The notes beneath the pieces are model-generated. The model was not told the DNA's origin and searched no databases. It saw only the letters and a program-made list of their open reading frames with translations. A DNA stretch of 64,000 nucleotides from positions 15,624,001 through 15,688,000 of the forward strand of contig OX597836.1 in assembly GCA_951406725.2 (NCBI GenBank), read 5' to 3'. Shown one piece after another: positions 1 through 12,594 of the stretch. How positions within the stretch are numbered: position 1 is the stretch's first letter; the number at the start of each line of letters is the position of its first letter. The translations under genes were made by a program, and so were the position numbers. This DNA is from Octopus vulgaris (lineage: Eukaryota).

Positions 1-362
1 ATCGGTGACGTGGAGAGGGGAGGCCGGTATGCATGGGCGACTGCTGGTCTCCCATAAAACAACCTTGCCCAGACTTGTGCCTCAGAGGGTAACACTCTAG
101 GTGCAAACCCATGGTCAGTGTCTGACCGAAGGGGGTCACCAAAAGATGTTTTATGTGACACATTCTACCAGTGTCTGAAGTTTGAAAGTGTTTAGTTACA
201 AAAAATTATTTTTAAAAATCTGTTTGTCAAAAGGTAAAGATCCGTCTTTTCCTTACCTACCCACCTTACCAACACAAGTTCTCCTTTCTCACCCAGTGTC
301 ACCACTACATATTGCTCGCTCTGTAAGTCACAAAAGAGGCAGACCGTTTCCTTAATTGCGGC

Positions 363-579
363 TATGAGGGGGTGCCGAAGAGATCCTGGCTTTGGGTAAA
401 AGAAAATACAGGCAGATCAGTTATGATTTTATTCAACATATTCCCTTCTCAGATTCACACACTTATTGAAGCAGTCCTTCGGTTTTTCTAAGCCCTGTAA
501 AAGAACTTGGAAGATTGGGCCTCCAGCTATACCTTTCATGATACCCTTAAAGCCAGGAACCTCTCATCACCCTCTTGTA
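363..579. mobile_element. Mariner-type MITE (about 215 bp)
   Basis: TA flanks; degenerate terminal inverted repeats GAGGGGGTGCCGAAGAGATCCTGGCTT / AAGCCAGGAACCTCTCATCACCCTC; second copy at 13531-13750. Confidence 0.7.
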
Positions 580-681
580 TATCAACTGTAACATCTAGGT
601 TAATTATAATTAATTTTAATGACTATGATAACTATAATAGAAATGTATCGATTGACACCTTCACTGTCTCCCATTTTGCAG

Positions 682-890
682 TTACAAGAAATATGTGATG
701 CTTGATCCTCTGGGTGTGGTGACAAAGACACGCGAAGATATTGGAGAGGAGGATGGTCTGACTGAAGCTCCAAGCAGTATTGCCAAAAATGAGGAGATTA
801 AACGATTGGAAGCTGACAACTATTTCTACGTCCCCAGTATTGGCAATGTTCCAGAAATTACTGCCCCAACTTCCTTACCTGATTTACCAG
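682..890 (+). CDS. WASHC1: WASH complex subunit 1 (WASH1), penultimate coding exon; gene begins upstream of the window
   Basis: AG at 680-681, GT at 891. Translates [11 protein letters not shown]...[24 protein letters not shown], matching the WASH1 WHD2-region motifs YKKYVxLDPL and YFYVPxLGxVPEI..LPDLPG. Confidence 0.93.
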
Positions 891-1805
891 GTCAGTATTA
901 GAAACCATTTACAACATCCATGATTATGTCCTGGCAGAAAGACTGCCCTCCGGGTGGTTTTCTGTTAGTCACTTGATAATACTTTTACATTTGATTCCCA
1001 ATTCTTATAATTTTTATGATTTTTACATCTAATTATTTCTTTGTATAATAATGCTCACTTGCTTAAATATTGCTTTGATTATTTTATCATAGTCATAATC
1101 TCTCTTTTTTAAACAAACATCAAGGTAGTCCGACTATGGAGGGGAAAGCAGTTTGTCAAGTTTTACCTTCCCTTCAAAGCAATGTAGAGATTTCAATTCA
1201 GCAGCCCATCTAGAAGCTTTGCAGTATGAACAAACATTGTCAAAGAGACTCTCTGCATTGTGTGCCTGTACAATAGACAGGACTGCCTGTTCTTGAAAAT
1301 TATTGAAACTGGCTTTCTTGCTAATCCTTTAGCAGAATTCTTCCTAGTTTGAAAATTTTTTCATCTGTACTCCTGCTATAAATATTAGGTATTGTCTCTC
1401 AGCACTGTATATGATGGCACTGGTGTTTCTCTTTGTATCTCACTGAGGTTTGGAAGGCTTCCCATTTGATACTGATTATCAATAGGCAACTGAACAGTCA
1501 CAGACAGTGAAAGCTGACTCAGTGTCTTATTTTATTCTCCTCTTGAGATACCCTAGCCAGTCATGTGTAGCAGAAATAGAATCATCTTTGTCTATGTGCA
1601 TATTCAGACATTTGTTTTAGTCGCTTTGCCCTGGTTTTCCATTGGTCAAGTCTTTAATAATTGCTCTGTGGTTGGTAAACCACTCCTGCGCCTATATTTT
1701 TGAAATGTACTTCCTTTCATTCTTTGGTTGTGTATTAAGATTCTTTCATACAGTCAAATGTATTACTATGTCTCACCTAGCATTTTCTTTTTCGTCTCTT
1801 TGTAG

Positions 1806-2575
1806 GTGTTGCTGATGATGTCTCCTACATGGCCGATTTGGGCCCATCTATTGCTCCCTCCGTACCCAGTAGCATGCCTGACCTGCCCACCATTGGGGAA
1901 TCTGATAGCCTTGACTTTGACAAGCCTTCGCTGTCCACAACCGAGCTTCCAAGTGCGGCTGGAGGCAGTGCCACAGTCGCCAACAGCACGGCATCGCCCG
2001 TGCCACCGTCCCCCTCGGTTCCACCTCCACCTCCCCCACCACCACCGCCTTCCGCAACGTCACCACCGCCACCTCCACCGCCGCCGCCACCACCACCAGC
2101 AGTATCCAACGGAGGGCCGCCACCTCCTCCGCCACCCCCGCCTCCGGAACCCAGCCCCGAAGCCGATGAGCCTTCTGAGAAAAGCAGCGCCGGTGACGCG
2201 AAGCCGGCGAGCACGGACAGCCGGTCGAACCTGATGGCGTCGATCAGAGCGGCAGGGGGCAAGTCCAAGCTGAAGAACGTCAAGGAGTCGAAGAGCGGGA
2301 AGAAGAGTAAAGACAAGATGGACACCCTTGACGACGGTGGCGGCGGGGGTGGGGGTGGCGGGGGCGGAGACCTGATGGGGGACCTGATGAAGAAGCTGTG
2401 CATGCGACGGCGGGGCATCTCTGGAAACACCAGCAAGCCCGCCGCCAGCAAGGAGAAGGAGCCACCGTCGACCAACGGAGGGAATGTCATGGACAAGATA
2501 TCGGCCATGATTCCACCGCCGATTCCCAAGATAGCCGAAGATGACGAGGACGACTCTGACAGTGATTTTGACTGA
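1806..2575 (+). CDS. WASHC1: WASH1 terminal coding exon: polyproline region plus WH2-C-A (VCA) module
   Basis: AG at 1804-1805; phase-1 join gives LPG-VADDVSYMADLGPSIAPS. Then three poly-Pro tracts, WH2 RSNLMASIRAAGGKSKLKNV, C region DLMGDLMKKLCMRRRGISG, MDKISAMIPPP and an acidic tail; stop TGA at 2573-2575. Confidence 0.95.
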
Positions 2576-2729
2576 GAAATCCCTATTTAATTTCAAGTCC
2601 CTCGAAATTCTCTCCAGATTTTTAAATTAAATTCAAACGAACATGTGATATCCTTTGTTTATCAATGACAGCAATATCAGCCACATTAACATGAACGAGA
2701 AAAACAATAACACACACATAAATCCCTTT

Positions 2730-2735
2730 AATAAA
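2730..2735 (+). promoter_or_regulatory. Candidate polyadenylation signal of WASH1
   Basis: AATAAA about 155 nt after the stop codon, followed by a T-rich tract. Position only, no transcript evidence. Confidence 0.4.
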
Positions 2736-3028
2736 CAGCAAAAAAAAAGGTTTCTTTTCTTCCTCTTTTAAAAAATTTTTTTTTTGTTTTTATTCTTTGC
2801 TTTTTCTTATACACACACATGGTCCATTGATTTATAGACACAGGTGAATGACTTTATGCGATGACAAACGTATGAGTGTGTGAGTGTATATCTATATATG
2901 TATACATATCAATGTGTGTGTGTTCTATATAAGGGGTTATAATCCAGACTGTGACCTTGTGAAGTACAATTGCATGTTCACAGAAAACATGTTTATGCAT
3001 ATAGATGTTTTATTTTGAATTATATATA

Positions 3029-3421
3029 CTAGCAGTATCGCCTGGCGTTGCTCGGGTTTGTAAGGGAAATAACTATATAAGCATTTTTAGAGATGTAAAG
3101 TATAATAGCCATCTCAATATGGCTAACCACAAAGGGAGGGATTTTACTGTAGCTTTTTACGTTCTGAGATCTAATAATAAATTTTTAGAGAGTTACTTCC
3201 CTTATATATGCCGAAAATGCATTAAAAATGGGAAAAATTGATGGTAAATTATTTTTTAAATCGTAGACTCATCGTAGACGCGCGCTAATACCCAGAAGGG
3301 CTCGATATGAATCACGACTATAAGATACCCGGTTTTGGTTTAACTGCACCGCAAAATGTGGGAGTAGTTAGGAATCTAAATCGTAGGAGACAGACAGCAC
3401 ACAACCTCTCTTTATATATAA

Positions 3422-3424
<3 letters not shown>
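3029..3424 (-). mobile_element. Non-autonomous Helitron-like element, family 1
   Basis: Minus strand begins TCTTTATATATAAA and ends hairpin-CTAG, inserted between A and T with no TSD; related copy at 23231-23866. Confidence 0.75.
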
Positions 3425-3471
<47 letters not shown>

Positions 3472-3784
3472 TCAAAATGAGGGTGAAAAAATTGGATATT
3501 AATTTGATAACATCAATTTTAACACCGTTTCTGGTGTGCTAAATTTTTCTGGAGAACAATTCTTAGTGTTTAAGACCATAGCAGATCTTCTTCTAGCGTA
3601 AGGGTTTCCACATAGTGGTTGAAAAAAGTCCTTCTTATATTTATATATATATATATATATATATCATTTTAAATTTCTGGTAACTTCTGTTTGCAGTGGA
3701 ATTACATATCAAAATAAGGGACTGGAAAAATTTGGTATATGTTTAAAAATATACCAAATTTTTTATAGTGTTTTGTTTAGATGC

Positions 3785-3815
<31 letters not shown>

Positions 3816-3844
3816 GATAGATGTGTTTGTGTGTGTGTTATATA

Positions 3845-3890
<46 letters not shown>

Positions 3891-5841
3891 TGCACATGCC
3901 TTTCTCAATATTAGTAAAAAGTAGGTTAGCTTCAATTACAAATTGCAATCAAAGCAGGACATCTTCCTACTTTTCTTTTTCCTTTCTCTCTTTCCTTTCT
4001 TTCCTTTTTCTTTCTCTGTCTTTTTTCTCTTTCTTTTTCTTTCTTTCTTTCTTTGCTAGGTCATCCAAAGGGGCAAGGGCTGGTATTCCCTGTTACAGGC
4101 CTAGTGCTCACAATGGCCATCTATGGGATGGATGTCTGTGGAGCAAGGGAGGAGGAAGAGAAGTTTCCAGGAGGTAACAATAAATACTAGAGGAGGAGGA
4201 GGGGGTTAAGACACCTAAACAAAACTTACTTTAACTGAGAGATTTCCTCCCCCAGTTCTACAACCCTGAGAATAGCACCTCTGTGGAAAGTAGGCAGATG
4301 ATTAAGCGAAATCTTTAGTGCAATGGGCTGGGAAAAGGGACAGTCTGAAGAATAATAACCAACTCTCTCTTGCTTTCCATACTGATGTGCTACAATTTGC
4401 TATAAATTGTCTCAAGACCACAATTTTGTAGAAGAAGCAGGGAGAGAGGGAGAAAGTAGGATTTGAACCCAGAACATGAAGGGCTAAAGCTTGATGTCTA
4501 TTAACCTTTCAGCATTTAGGTTACTCTGTCAAATGTAATGCTCATTTAGTCATATTGTTTTGAATTAATCATGCATTTTCTCGTAGCTTTGAGATTTCAA
4601 TGATATGAGTGTTTATTTGTAGAATAACATTGTAGGGTAAGTGTGAGAAGCCAGATCTGGCCAGTTTGAATATAAAACAGGTAGAATATTTTGGCCAGAT
4701 ATGGCCAGTTTAACCCTTTAGCACTTAAACAGGCCATATCAGGCCCAGATATTCTACCTGTTTTATGTTCAAACTGACCCCAGTGTTCATTTTATTGACC
4801 CTGAAAGAATGAAAAGTAAAGTCACCCTTGGTGGAATTTGAACTCGGAATGTGAGGCCAGAAGACAAATCACTAAGCAAATTTTCTGCAACAGTGACAAT
4901 TCTGCCAACTCACTGCCTTAGTAATAATAATGATTTCAAATTTTGGCCCGGGGTCAGCAAGTTCAGGGGTGGCATAAGTTGAGTACATTGACCCCAGTGC
5001 TTTGACTGTTGCTCTTTTTATTGATTCCAAAAGGATGGACAAAGTTGACCTTGGCAACAGAATGTGAAGACGGATGAAATGCTGCTAAGCATTTTGTACA
5101 GCATACTGATTATTCTGCCACCTTGCTACCTTTATTATAATAGTAATAGTGTTGGGGCAGGTGAAATCGAAATTGAACCAAATTCGATGACTGGCACCCG
5201 TGCCAGTGGAGCGCTAACAACTCCATCTGAGCGGAATCACTGCCAGAGCAGCTGTCTGGCTTCTGTGCCAGTGGCATGTAAAAAGCACCATTTGAGTGTG
5301 ATCGTTACCAGCGTCGCCTTACTGGCACTTGTGCCGGTGGCACGTGAAAAAACATTTGAGTGAGGTCATTGCCAGTGCCACTGGACTGACTCCTGTGCAG
5401 GTGGCACATGAAAAGCACCATTTCGAGTGTGGCCACTGCCAGTACCACCAGACTGGCCCTCGTGCCAGTGGCATGTAAAAGCACCCACTACACTCTCAGG
5501 AGGGCATCTAGCTGTAGAAACTCTGACAGATCAGATTGGAGTCTGGTGCAGCCATCTGGTTCGCCAGTCCTCAGTCAAACCATCCAACCCATGCTAGCGT
5601 GGAAAGCAGACATTAAATGATGATGATGATAATAATAATAATCCTCTCTGCTATAGGCACAAGGCCTGAAGTTTTAGGGGTTGGGGATAGTTGATTAGAT
5701 CATCGCTGGTGTTTAACTTATTTATTGCTCTTCAAAAGAATGAAAGGCAAAGCTGGCTTTGGTGGAGTTTGAACTCGGAACATAAAGCTGAAGAAATGCT
5801 GAAAGGATTTTATCTGGTGTGATTAAGATTCTGCCAGCTTC

Positions 5842-6060
5842 CATCATCATCATTGTTCGACCGTGGTTGAGACAATGGAATTTACCATGCTACACCAGAC
5901 TTCACGGTCCATCATAGCATTACGGAGGTCCTGTTGCTGGTTGCCTGTATCCCTGGAGATTACATCAGGGTAGGAAAGTGTGCGCCCTCTGGTATTGCAA
6001 GTAGATGGCTTCCAGAGGAGAAGAGTAGAAATTACCTCGTTTTCAGCTCTACAACTTCCA
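5842..6060 (-). mobile_element. RTE/RTE-X-like LINE 3' fragment
   Basis: GRTLSYPDVISRDTG..DLRNAMMDREVW then a (GAT)n tail; second copy at about 47001-47240. Confidence 0.7.
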
Positions 6061-6430
6061 TAATAATATGTCACTATTGTAAACAACATATGGTAGAATC
6101 ATGTTGAGAGTTGTAGTAGTTTGTATGAGGTGGTGGTGGTGATGTAGATACTAAACTCTGATGTGGTGTACCCTTGAGATAAACTCCTTGTAACCCTGCT
6201 TTGAGGGCAGTTAAATGCATGCATATCTCTAGTTACAGATAGTGGATGAGTTCATTGACTATATACTAGCGGGGCAGTACTCCAACATGACCCCTATTTC
6301 AATGGCTAAAACTATTAAAAGAATAACATATTGTAAATATCCTTCAGAAAGGAATGAACATCACATGTTCCTTTCTCTCCCTAGTCTCTGTAAATTAATC
6401 TGAGGCTGTGTATTTCTGTAATTATTATCA

Positions 6431-6461
<31 letters not shown>

Positions 6462-7378
6462 TATTATTATTACCACCTGTAAATATTTACAAAAAAAATA
6501 TTGTAAATATCATTAGTGATTAACATACAATATTGCTGATATCTGAGTGATAATGTTGTTAATGCAGACAAGATAATGTTGATAAATAAAACTACTTTAT
6601 TTTGGTTTCACAATCTCATTGTTTGTTTCTCTCTCCCCGCATATATATGATATATGATGTTGAATCGTTAGCTCCTGCACGCATTTTTTCTCTCTCCTTG
6701 TTTCTCTCCGTGTTTCTTTTCTGTGTATCTTTCTGTTGAAGAGCGTAGGCTCGAAACATAAAAGACTTGTTTTATCTATATTCCTGAGCGCCATACTAAT
6801 ACAATTGTTTGTTTGTACTCCACCTGCCTTCATCTTTTGTTTATTTTCATAAAGCTTCCCGTTATATATATATATATATGTGTGTGCTCCTCTCCCTGCC
6901 ACACTCTTACAACCTACCAACCTACCCAACTTCATGTCATTTCTCTCATTATCTCTCATCCTTTCCCTGTCTACTGTATCATATTATTATTCTTCCTCCT
7001 CCCCCTTTTCTGCACTGTCAGTCATCTTCTATTCCTCCTTACCTCCCCCATACTTGCCTATCCCTTGTCCACCAACCCCTTTACCTTCCCAATCTTTACA
7101 GTTGTCACCTACTCTCCCCTGCATATCATCCCTCAACATTTATTCTTCATTTAATTATATTTGCCATCTCAAACAATCTTTCACTTCACCATACGTTCTT
7201 GCAACTTTTACCCACCTGCACACTCTGTTCTCATATCCCCACTCAGTTCTATTCACCTTATATTTTTAGGGTCCACCTCAATCCCCCATCACTATTATTA
7301 CAGATCTCTTTCCAGTTTCACCTCAACTGCTCCCATCCACTCTTCTATAATGTAAGTAGCTATGTTGTTCCTCTACTG

Positions 7379-7635
7379 CAGTGGTTCCCAAAGTGGGCAT
7401 TACTGCCCCTCTGGAGGCTGTAGAAAGATCCAGGGTGTGTTAAAGGGTTGACCAAAAGGGGACAATGGATATAAAAACAATGAAATACTGGGTTAATTAT
7501 TTTATTTGAAATACTGTTCTTTTGAATTTGCTGTAGAAAGTGGTCTACATTTGGTGGGGAGTTAGGTGGAGAGGTGCTAGGAATGTGGCCCAAGAGCCAA
7601 GGGAGCAGCAGCCCGATAAAGTTTGGGAACCCCTG
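7379..7635. mobile_element. hAT/Charlie-type MITE
   Basis: TIRs CAGTGGTTCCCAAA / TTTGGGAACCCCTG; 8-bp flanks CTCTACTG and CTCTACAA (6/8 identical). Confidence 0.7.
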
Positions 7636-8227
7636 CTCTACAACAATAATCCTGTTCTGGTTTTAGGATTAAAATTAACCCTTTTGTAAATGTTTTTCTG
7701 TTGAAGTACATTGCCTTTGTTTCCATCAGTTTTAAAAATAGCGAAGAATTTAGAAAAATAACTTTGTCATTGTTAACCTGGTGTTTGTAAAATAAAATTA
7801 ACTTGAAATTTTGATGGGAGCTTTTAATTTAGCACACTTTAACCCTTTTTTTTTTTTACCATACTTCTGTTGAAACATGCTGTCTTTGTTTCAATTAATT
7901 TTTTAAATAATGAAGAGTTTAGTAAAATAACATGAAATTTTGATGGAAAGTTTTAAATTAACCCTTTAGCATTCGGATTACTCTGTCAAATATAATGCTT
8001 ATTTATTCACAATGTTTTGAATTAATCATGCATTGTCTTGTAGCTTTCCATGATGTGATTGTTTATTTTTAGAATAACATTGTAGGGTAGGTGTGAGAAG
8101 TCAGATATGACCAGTTCGAACATTAAACAAGTGGAATATTTTGACCAGTAGAATATGGCCAGTTTGAATGCTAAAGTATTAAACCAGCCATATCTGACCC
8201 AAATATTTTACCTGTTTTATGTTCAGA

Positions 8228-8605
8228 CTAGCAGTATCACTAGTTTGTTTCGACCCTTTAGTATTGAAATTTTTGAAAAGTAAAAATTTTGTATTATGTA
8301 GCTTGTTATTCTCTTTAAGTGAACATTTTTCTGGTTGAAATACACCGAAAAATGGTGACACAGCAGTAAAAACATCGTAAAAAGTAGGGATTTTCATAGA
8401 AAAAAAAAGCATCTTTTTGATGTAAATAATTTTTGATCTTAACATGGTCCGATTTGAATTTTTTCTTCTACAGATGGAAGAGCAAGCCTTCTTCTATCAT
8501 ACTCTCAATTTTGGTCAACTTGCACCGCAGGGTCTCGGAGGAGATAGTGTTAGTTGAAGGCTACCAAACCTGCCATACACAGACAAATTCAGCTTTATAA
8601 ATAGA
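8228..8605 (-). mobile_element. Non-autonomous Helitron-like element, family 2, nested in a TTAA MITE
   Basis: TC..CTAG ends at an A/T site; homologous to 44896-45285; flanks rejoin to the host MITE sequence. Confidence 0.75.
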
Positions 8606-10409
8606 TTGACCAGATCTGACTTCTTACACCTACCATTCAGTGTTATTCTAAAAATAAATAATCACATCATCATAATCTTGAAGCTTTGACATAATGCCTG
8701 ATTGATTTAAAACAAAGTGAATGAAGAAGCATTGCATTTGACAGAGTAATTTGAATGCTAAAGGGTTAAGAATGTCTGCGGAATATTCAGCAATTTATCT
8801 GTCAATTCAAGGGCAGATAATTCAGTGGCTCAAACAACTGAATCCTCATTGTCGAGTGATGGAGACTAACCAGATGTAATGCAGCTAAAATAATCAACAA
8901 GGCTGCACCACCTCCCATGCTAGAGAAATGGCCCTTGTGCCTTATGAAGATAATATCAATATTTATTCTCTCAGCCTGTTGCTCTCCTAGAATATGACCT
9001 TTTGCGTTAGAAGAAAAATGTGGTGTCAAGTTCGATACTGATAAATAAGACAAGGATATTAACCATAGCAACGATGGAAGTGTTGTAAATATTTGAACAG
9101 CCCCATCCTTGTTACCCACCTCCTGGGCCCACCTTCTTCATTAGGAATGATTGAAATGTTGAAATGTCAATGACCAAAACCATGATATCTGGTATGGAAA
9201 CTATGCAACACCTCATCATCCACCCCTACATCACTCCTAGCCCAATCCAAGTTAACTTCTGTGACAAGGCCAAACTTTAAATAACGACTTGAGTGTTTAT
9301 AAGATCTGCGTCTCTCTATTTAATGCCACCAACTGGGCTGGAATGTGCTTTTAGCAAGGTCTGCAGCACTGTTGCATGCATTTAGGTCAAGTCTCTGATC
9401 TGTGGACAACTTCCTCTCCCTTTTCTCCCCCACTCATCTCAGTCATGGCCACTAAAAAAGGACCCTTGGGCTCTGCTTATTGTTCTTTAAGACTAAACCA
9501 TTAAAGAAGGAAACCCACCCCACAAAAAAAATTTTTCTTTAGCCCATGAATCAAATATTTGTCGCTTGGCCCAAGGTCAGTTCTGATCCACCTAACCTAC
9601 AATCAAAGATGGTCATGGCAATCAAGCCATGACCACCTCATCTTTCCTCTTTTTTCCCTTCTTTTTAAGGTATGGGTTTATGATTTGAGGGAATTTTGGC
9701 TGCTATTTTTAAGTGAGCCTTACTGTGGATGTCCGTGTCACTGGCTCAAGAAGTCAAACAGTTGTTAGTTTTGTTGTTATTGTTGTTAAGCCCTAGGTTA
9801 GGCCTGATCAAGTGGACCTCCAATCAAATACATTCCAGCCATAACCACCCCAGCTATTTCTTTTTAAACATGTGTGTATGATTTGAGGGAGATTTGGCTG
9901 CTATTTCTTGCAGGTCGAACAACCATCTGGAAGTTCCATCATTGGCTCATGAAATCAAACAGCTGTTGCTGTTGTTTAGCTCCAGGTCAGATTTTGATCC
10001 AGTAGACCTACCTACAACCAGTCATTCCAATAATAACCTGGGGTATGTACAACTGTATGATCTAATGTCCTTTCCTTATCTGTGACAGTGGTATTTGATT
10101 CGTGAGAGATTTGGTTGCTATGTCTAGCTGCTCAAGGTTGAGCAATAAAATAATATAAATGTAAGGACAAGCAATTTAGGGAAGTCATAACAAAACATTG
10201 ACCTCTTTTACTCTTTTACTTGTTTCAGTCATTTGACTGTGGCCATGCTGGAGCACCGCCTTTAGTCGAGCAAATCGACCCCGCGACTTATTCTTTGTAA
10301 GCCCAGTACTTATTCTATCGGTCTATTTTGCCGAACCGCTAAGTGACGGGGACGTAAACACACCAGCATCGGTTGTCAAGCAATGCTAGGGGGGCAAACA
10401 CAGACACAT

Positions 10410-10470
<61 letters not shown>

Positions 10471-11846
10471 TACGACAGGCTTCTTTCAGTTTCCGTCTAC
10501 CAAATCCACTCACAAGGCATTGGTCGGCCCGGGGCTATAGCAGAAGACACTTGCCCAAGATGCCACGCAGTGGGACTGAACCCGGAACCATGTGGTTGGT
10601 TAGCAAGCCACTTACCACACAGCCACTCCTGTGCCTGTTTAATTTGTACTTTATTATTCAAGGAGGAACACCATTGCTATTAACTTACAAACAGTATTTC
10701 TTCTGGGTCTTTATATTCTGAATTCAAATCCTGCCAAGGTTAACTTTGTCCTTGATCCATTCAGACAAATTAAAATAAAGTTTACCAGTTATGTACTGAG
10801 GTTAATGCATTGACAAATCACCTCTCATCAAAACTAGTTTTGTGCCTAAATTAGAAACTACTACTACTACTACAACAACAAGTGGAGGCACATGGCCTAG
10901 TGGTTAGAGCAGCGGACTCGCAGTCGAGGGATCGCTGGTTCGAATCTCAGACTGGGCAATGTGTGTGTTTATGCCCCACACTACTCTGGCAGAAGGTAAC
11001 GGCGAACTTCTGCTGACTCTTTTGCCACAACTTTCTCTCACTCTTTCCTCCTGCATCTTGCAGCTCACCTGCAGCGGACTGGCTTCTTGTCCAGGTGGGG
11101 AACCTATACACCAAGGCAACCGAGCCTAATGAGCCAGGTGTGGCTCAAGAAGGAACAAACAACAACTACTACAACAAGTGGTTGTGGTATTAATTATTAT
11201 TATTTTTTTTTTTACTTGTTTCAGTCATTTGACTGCGGCCATGCTGGAGCACCGCCTTTAATCGAGCAACTCGACCCCGGGACTTATTCTTTTGTAAGCC
11301 CAGTACTTATTCTATTGGTCTCTTTTGCCGAACCGCTAAGTGACAGGGACATAAACACACCAGCATCGGTTGTCAAGCAATGCTACGGGGACGAACACAG
11401 ACACACATATATACATATATACGACGGGCTTCTTTCAGTTTCCGTCTACCAAATCCACTCACAAGCCTTTGGTCGGCCCGAGGCTATAGTAGAAGACACG
11501 TGCCCAAGGTGCCATGCAGTGGGACTGAACCCAGAACCATGTGGCTGGTAAACAAGCTACTTACCACACAGCCACTCGTACACCTATTATTATTATTATT
11601 ACTTTTTTTTTCTTCTTTCAAATTTGCTTCCATTTCTTGCCGAGTGTCTTCCCGACTCCTAGGGCAAAGAAACTCATAGTGTATATTGGTAGGCCATTAA
11701 ACCAAACTCAGTAGTTCGTTCATTTTTTTTATTTTTTTTTTTAAAGTTAAATTAAAATACATGAGCAGCATCAGTTCTCACATCGACAATGCTCTTCTCA
11801 ATACGTGTGATGTACCAGTTAAGACAATCTTTTGCACTTCTTGCAG

Positions 11847-11881
<35 letters not shown>

Positions 11882-12091
11882 CGTCATCATCATTATCAAG
11901 GCAGTGAGTTGACAGAATTGTTAGCACACTGGACAAAATGCTTCATTTCATGTGTCTTTTATTTTGAGTTCAAATTTCTGCCTTTCATCCTTTCAGGGTT
12001 GACAGATTATGTACCATTTGAGTACCAGGTTCAACGTAAATGATTTAACCCCTCCCCAAACATTTCAGGGTTTGTGCCTTTAGTAGAAAGG

Positions 12092-12300
12092 ATTATTATT
12101 ATTACTATTATTATCATTATTATTATTATTATTATTATTGTTATTATAATTATTATTATTATTACTATTATTATCATTATTATTATTATTATTATTATTG
12201 TTATTATAATTATTATTATTATTATTATTACTATTATTATCATTATTATTATTATTATTGTTATTATTATTATTATTATTAGTAGTAGTAGTAGTAGTAT
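12092..12300. repeat. (ATT)n microsatellite with higher-order variant units
   Basis: Direct reading; similar tract at about 19585-19740. Confidence 0.95.
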
Positions 12301-12552
12301 CCCCTGCTGTTTTTGGTATTTGTGGCAAAGTCCTTCAACAAGTCACTCCACCCTACATACCTGCTACCCGTGGCCTTTGTACACCGTTCACGGCAGAACC
12401 ACTAATGTTCTAGATTATTCCACGAGTCGAGTCGTTGCTATAAAACTGTAATTATTGTCTTGCTCTTTGTTATCAATTTGGTGATAACAAAACTTTGTGA
12501 TGGTGTGTAGAATAGCAACGGTGGAACTTTTGCATTGGTTAATAGTGTGAGC

Positions 12553-12594
<42 letters not shown>

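Noticed and set aside
1825-2596. Long antisense and alternative-frame ORFs (234, 178, 142 and 95 aa) over the WASH1 last exon
   Set aside because: Shadow ORFs expected from GC-rich poly-Pro coding sequence; no independent motif.
6809-7423. Overlapping 113-204 aa ORFs
   Set aside because: C/T-biased low-complexity DNA lacking stops; no recognisable domain.
10383-10721. Recurrent ORFs of the type ASFSFRLPNPLTR..GTEPGTMWLVSK at many loci
   Set aside because: Antisense translations of SINE family B, not a gene family.
10883-10960. tRNA-like sequence (also at 26744 and 44074 and in all SINE heads)
   Set aside because: Acceptor and anticodon stems are broken and each continues into a repeat body, so these are SINE heads, not tRNA genes.
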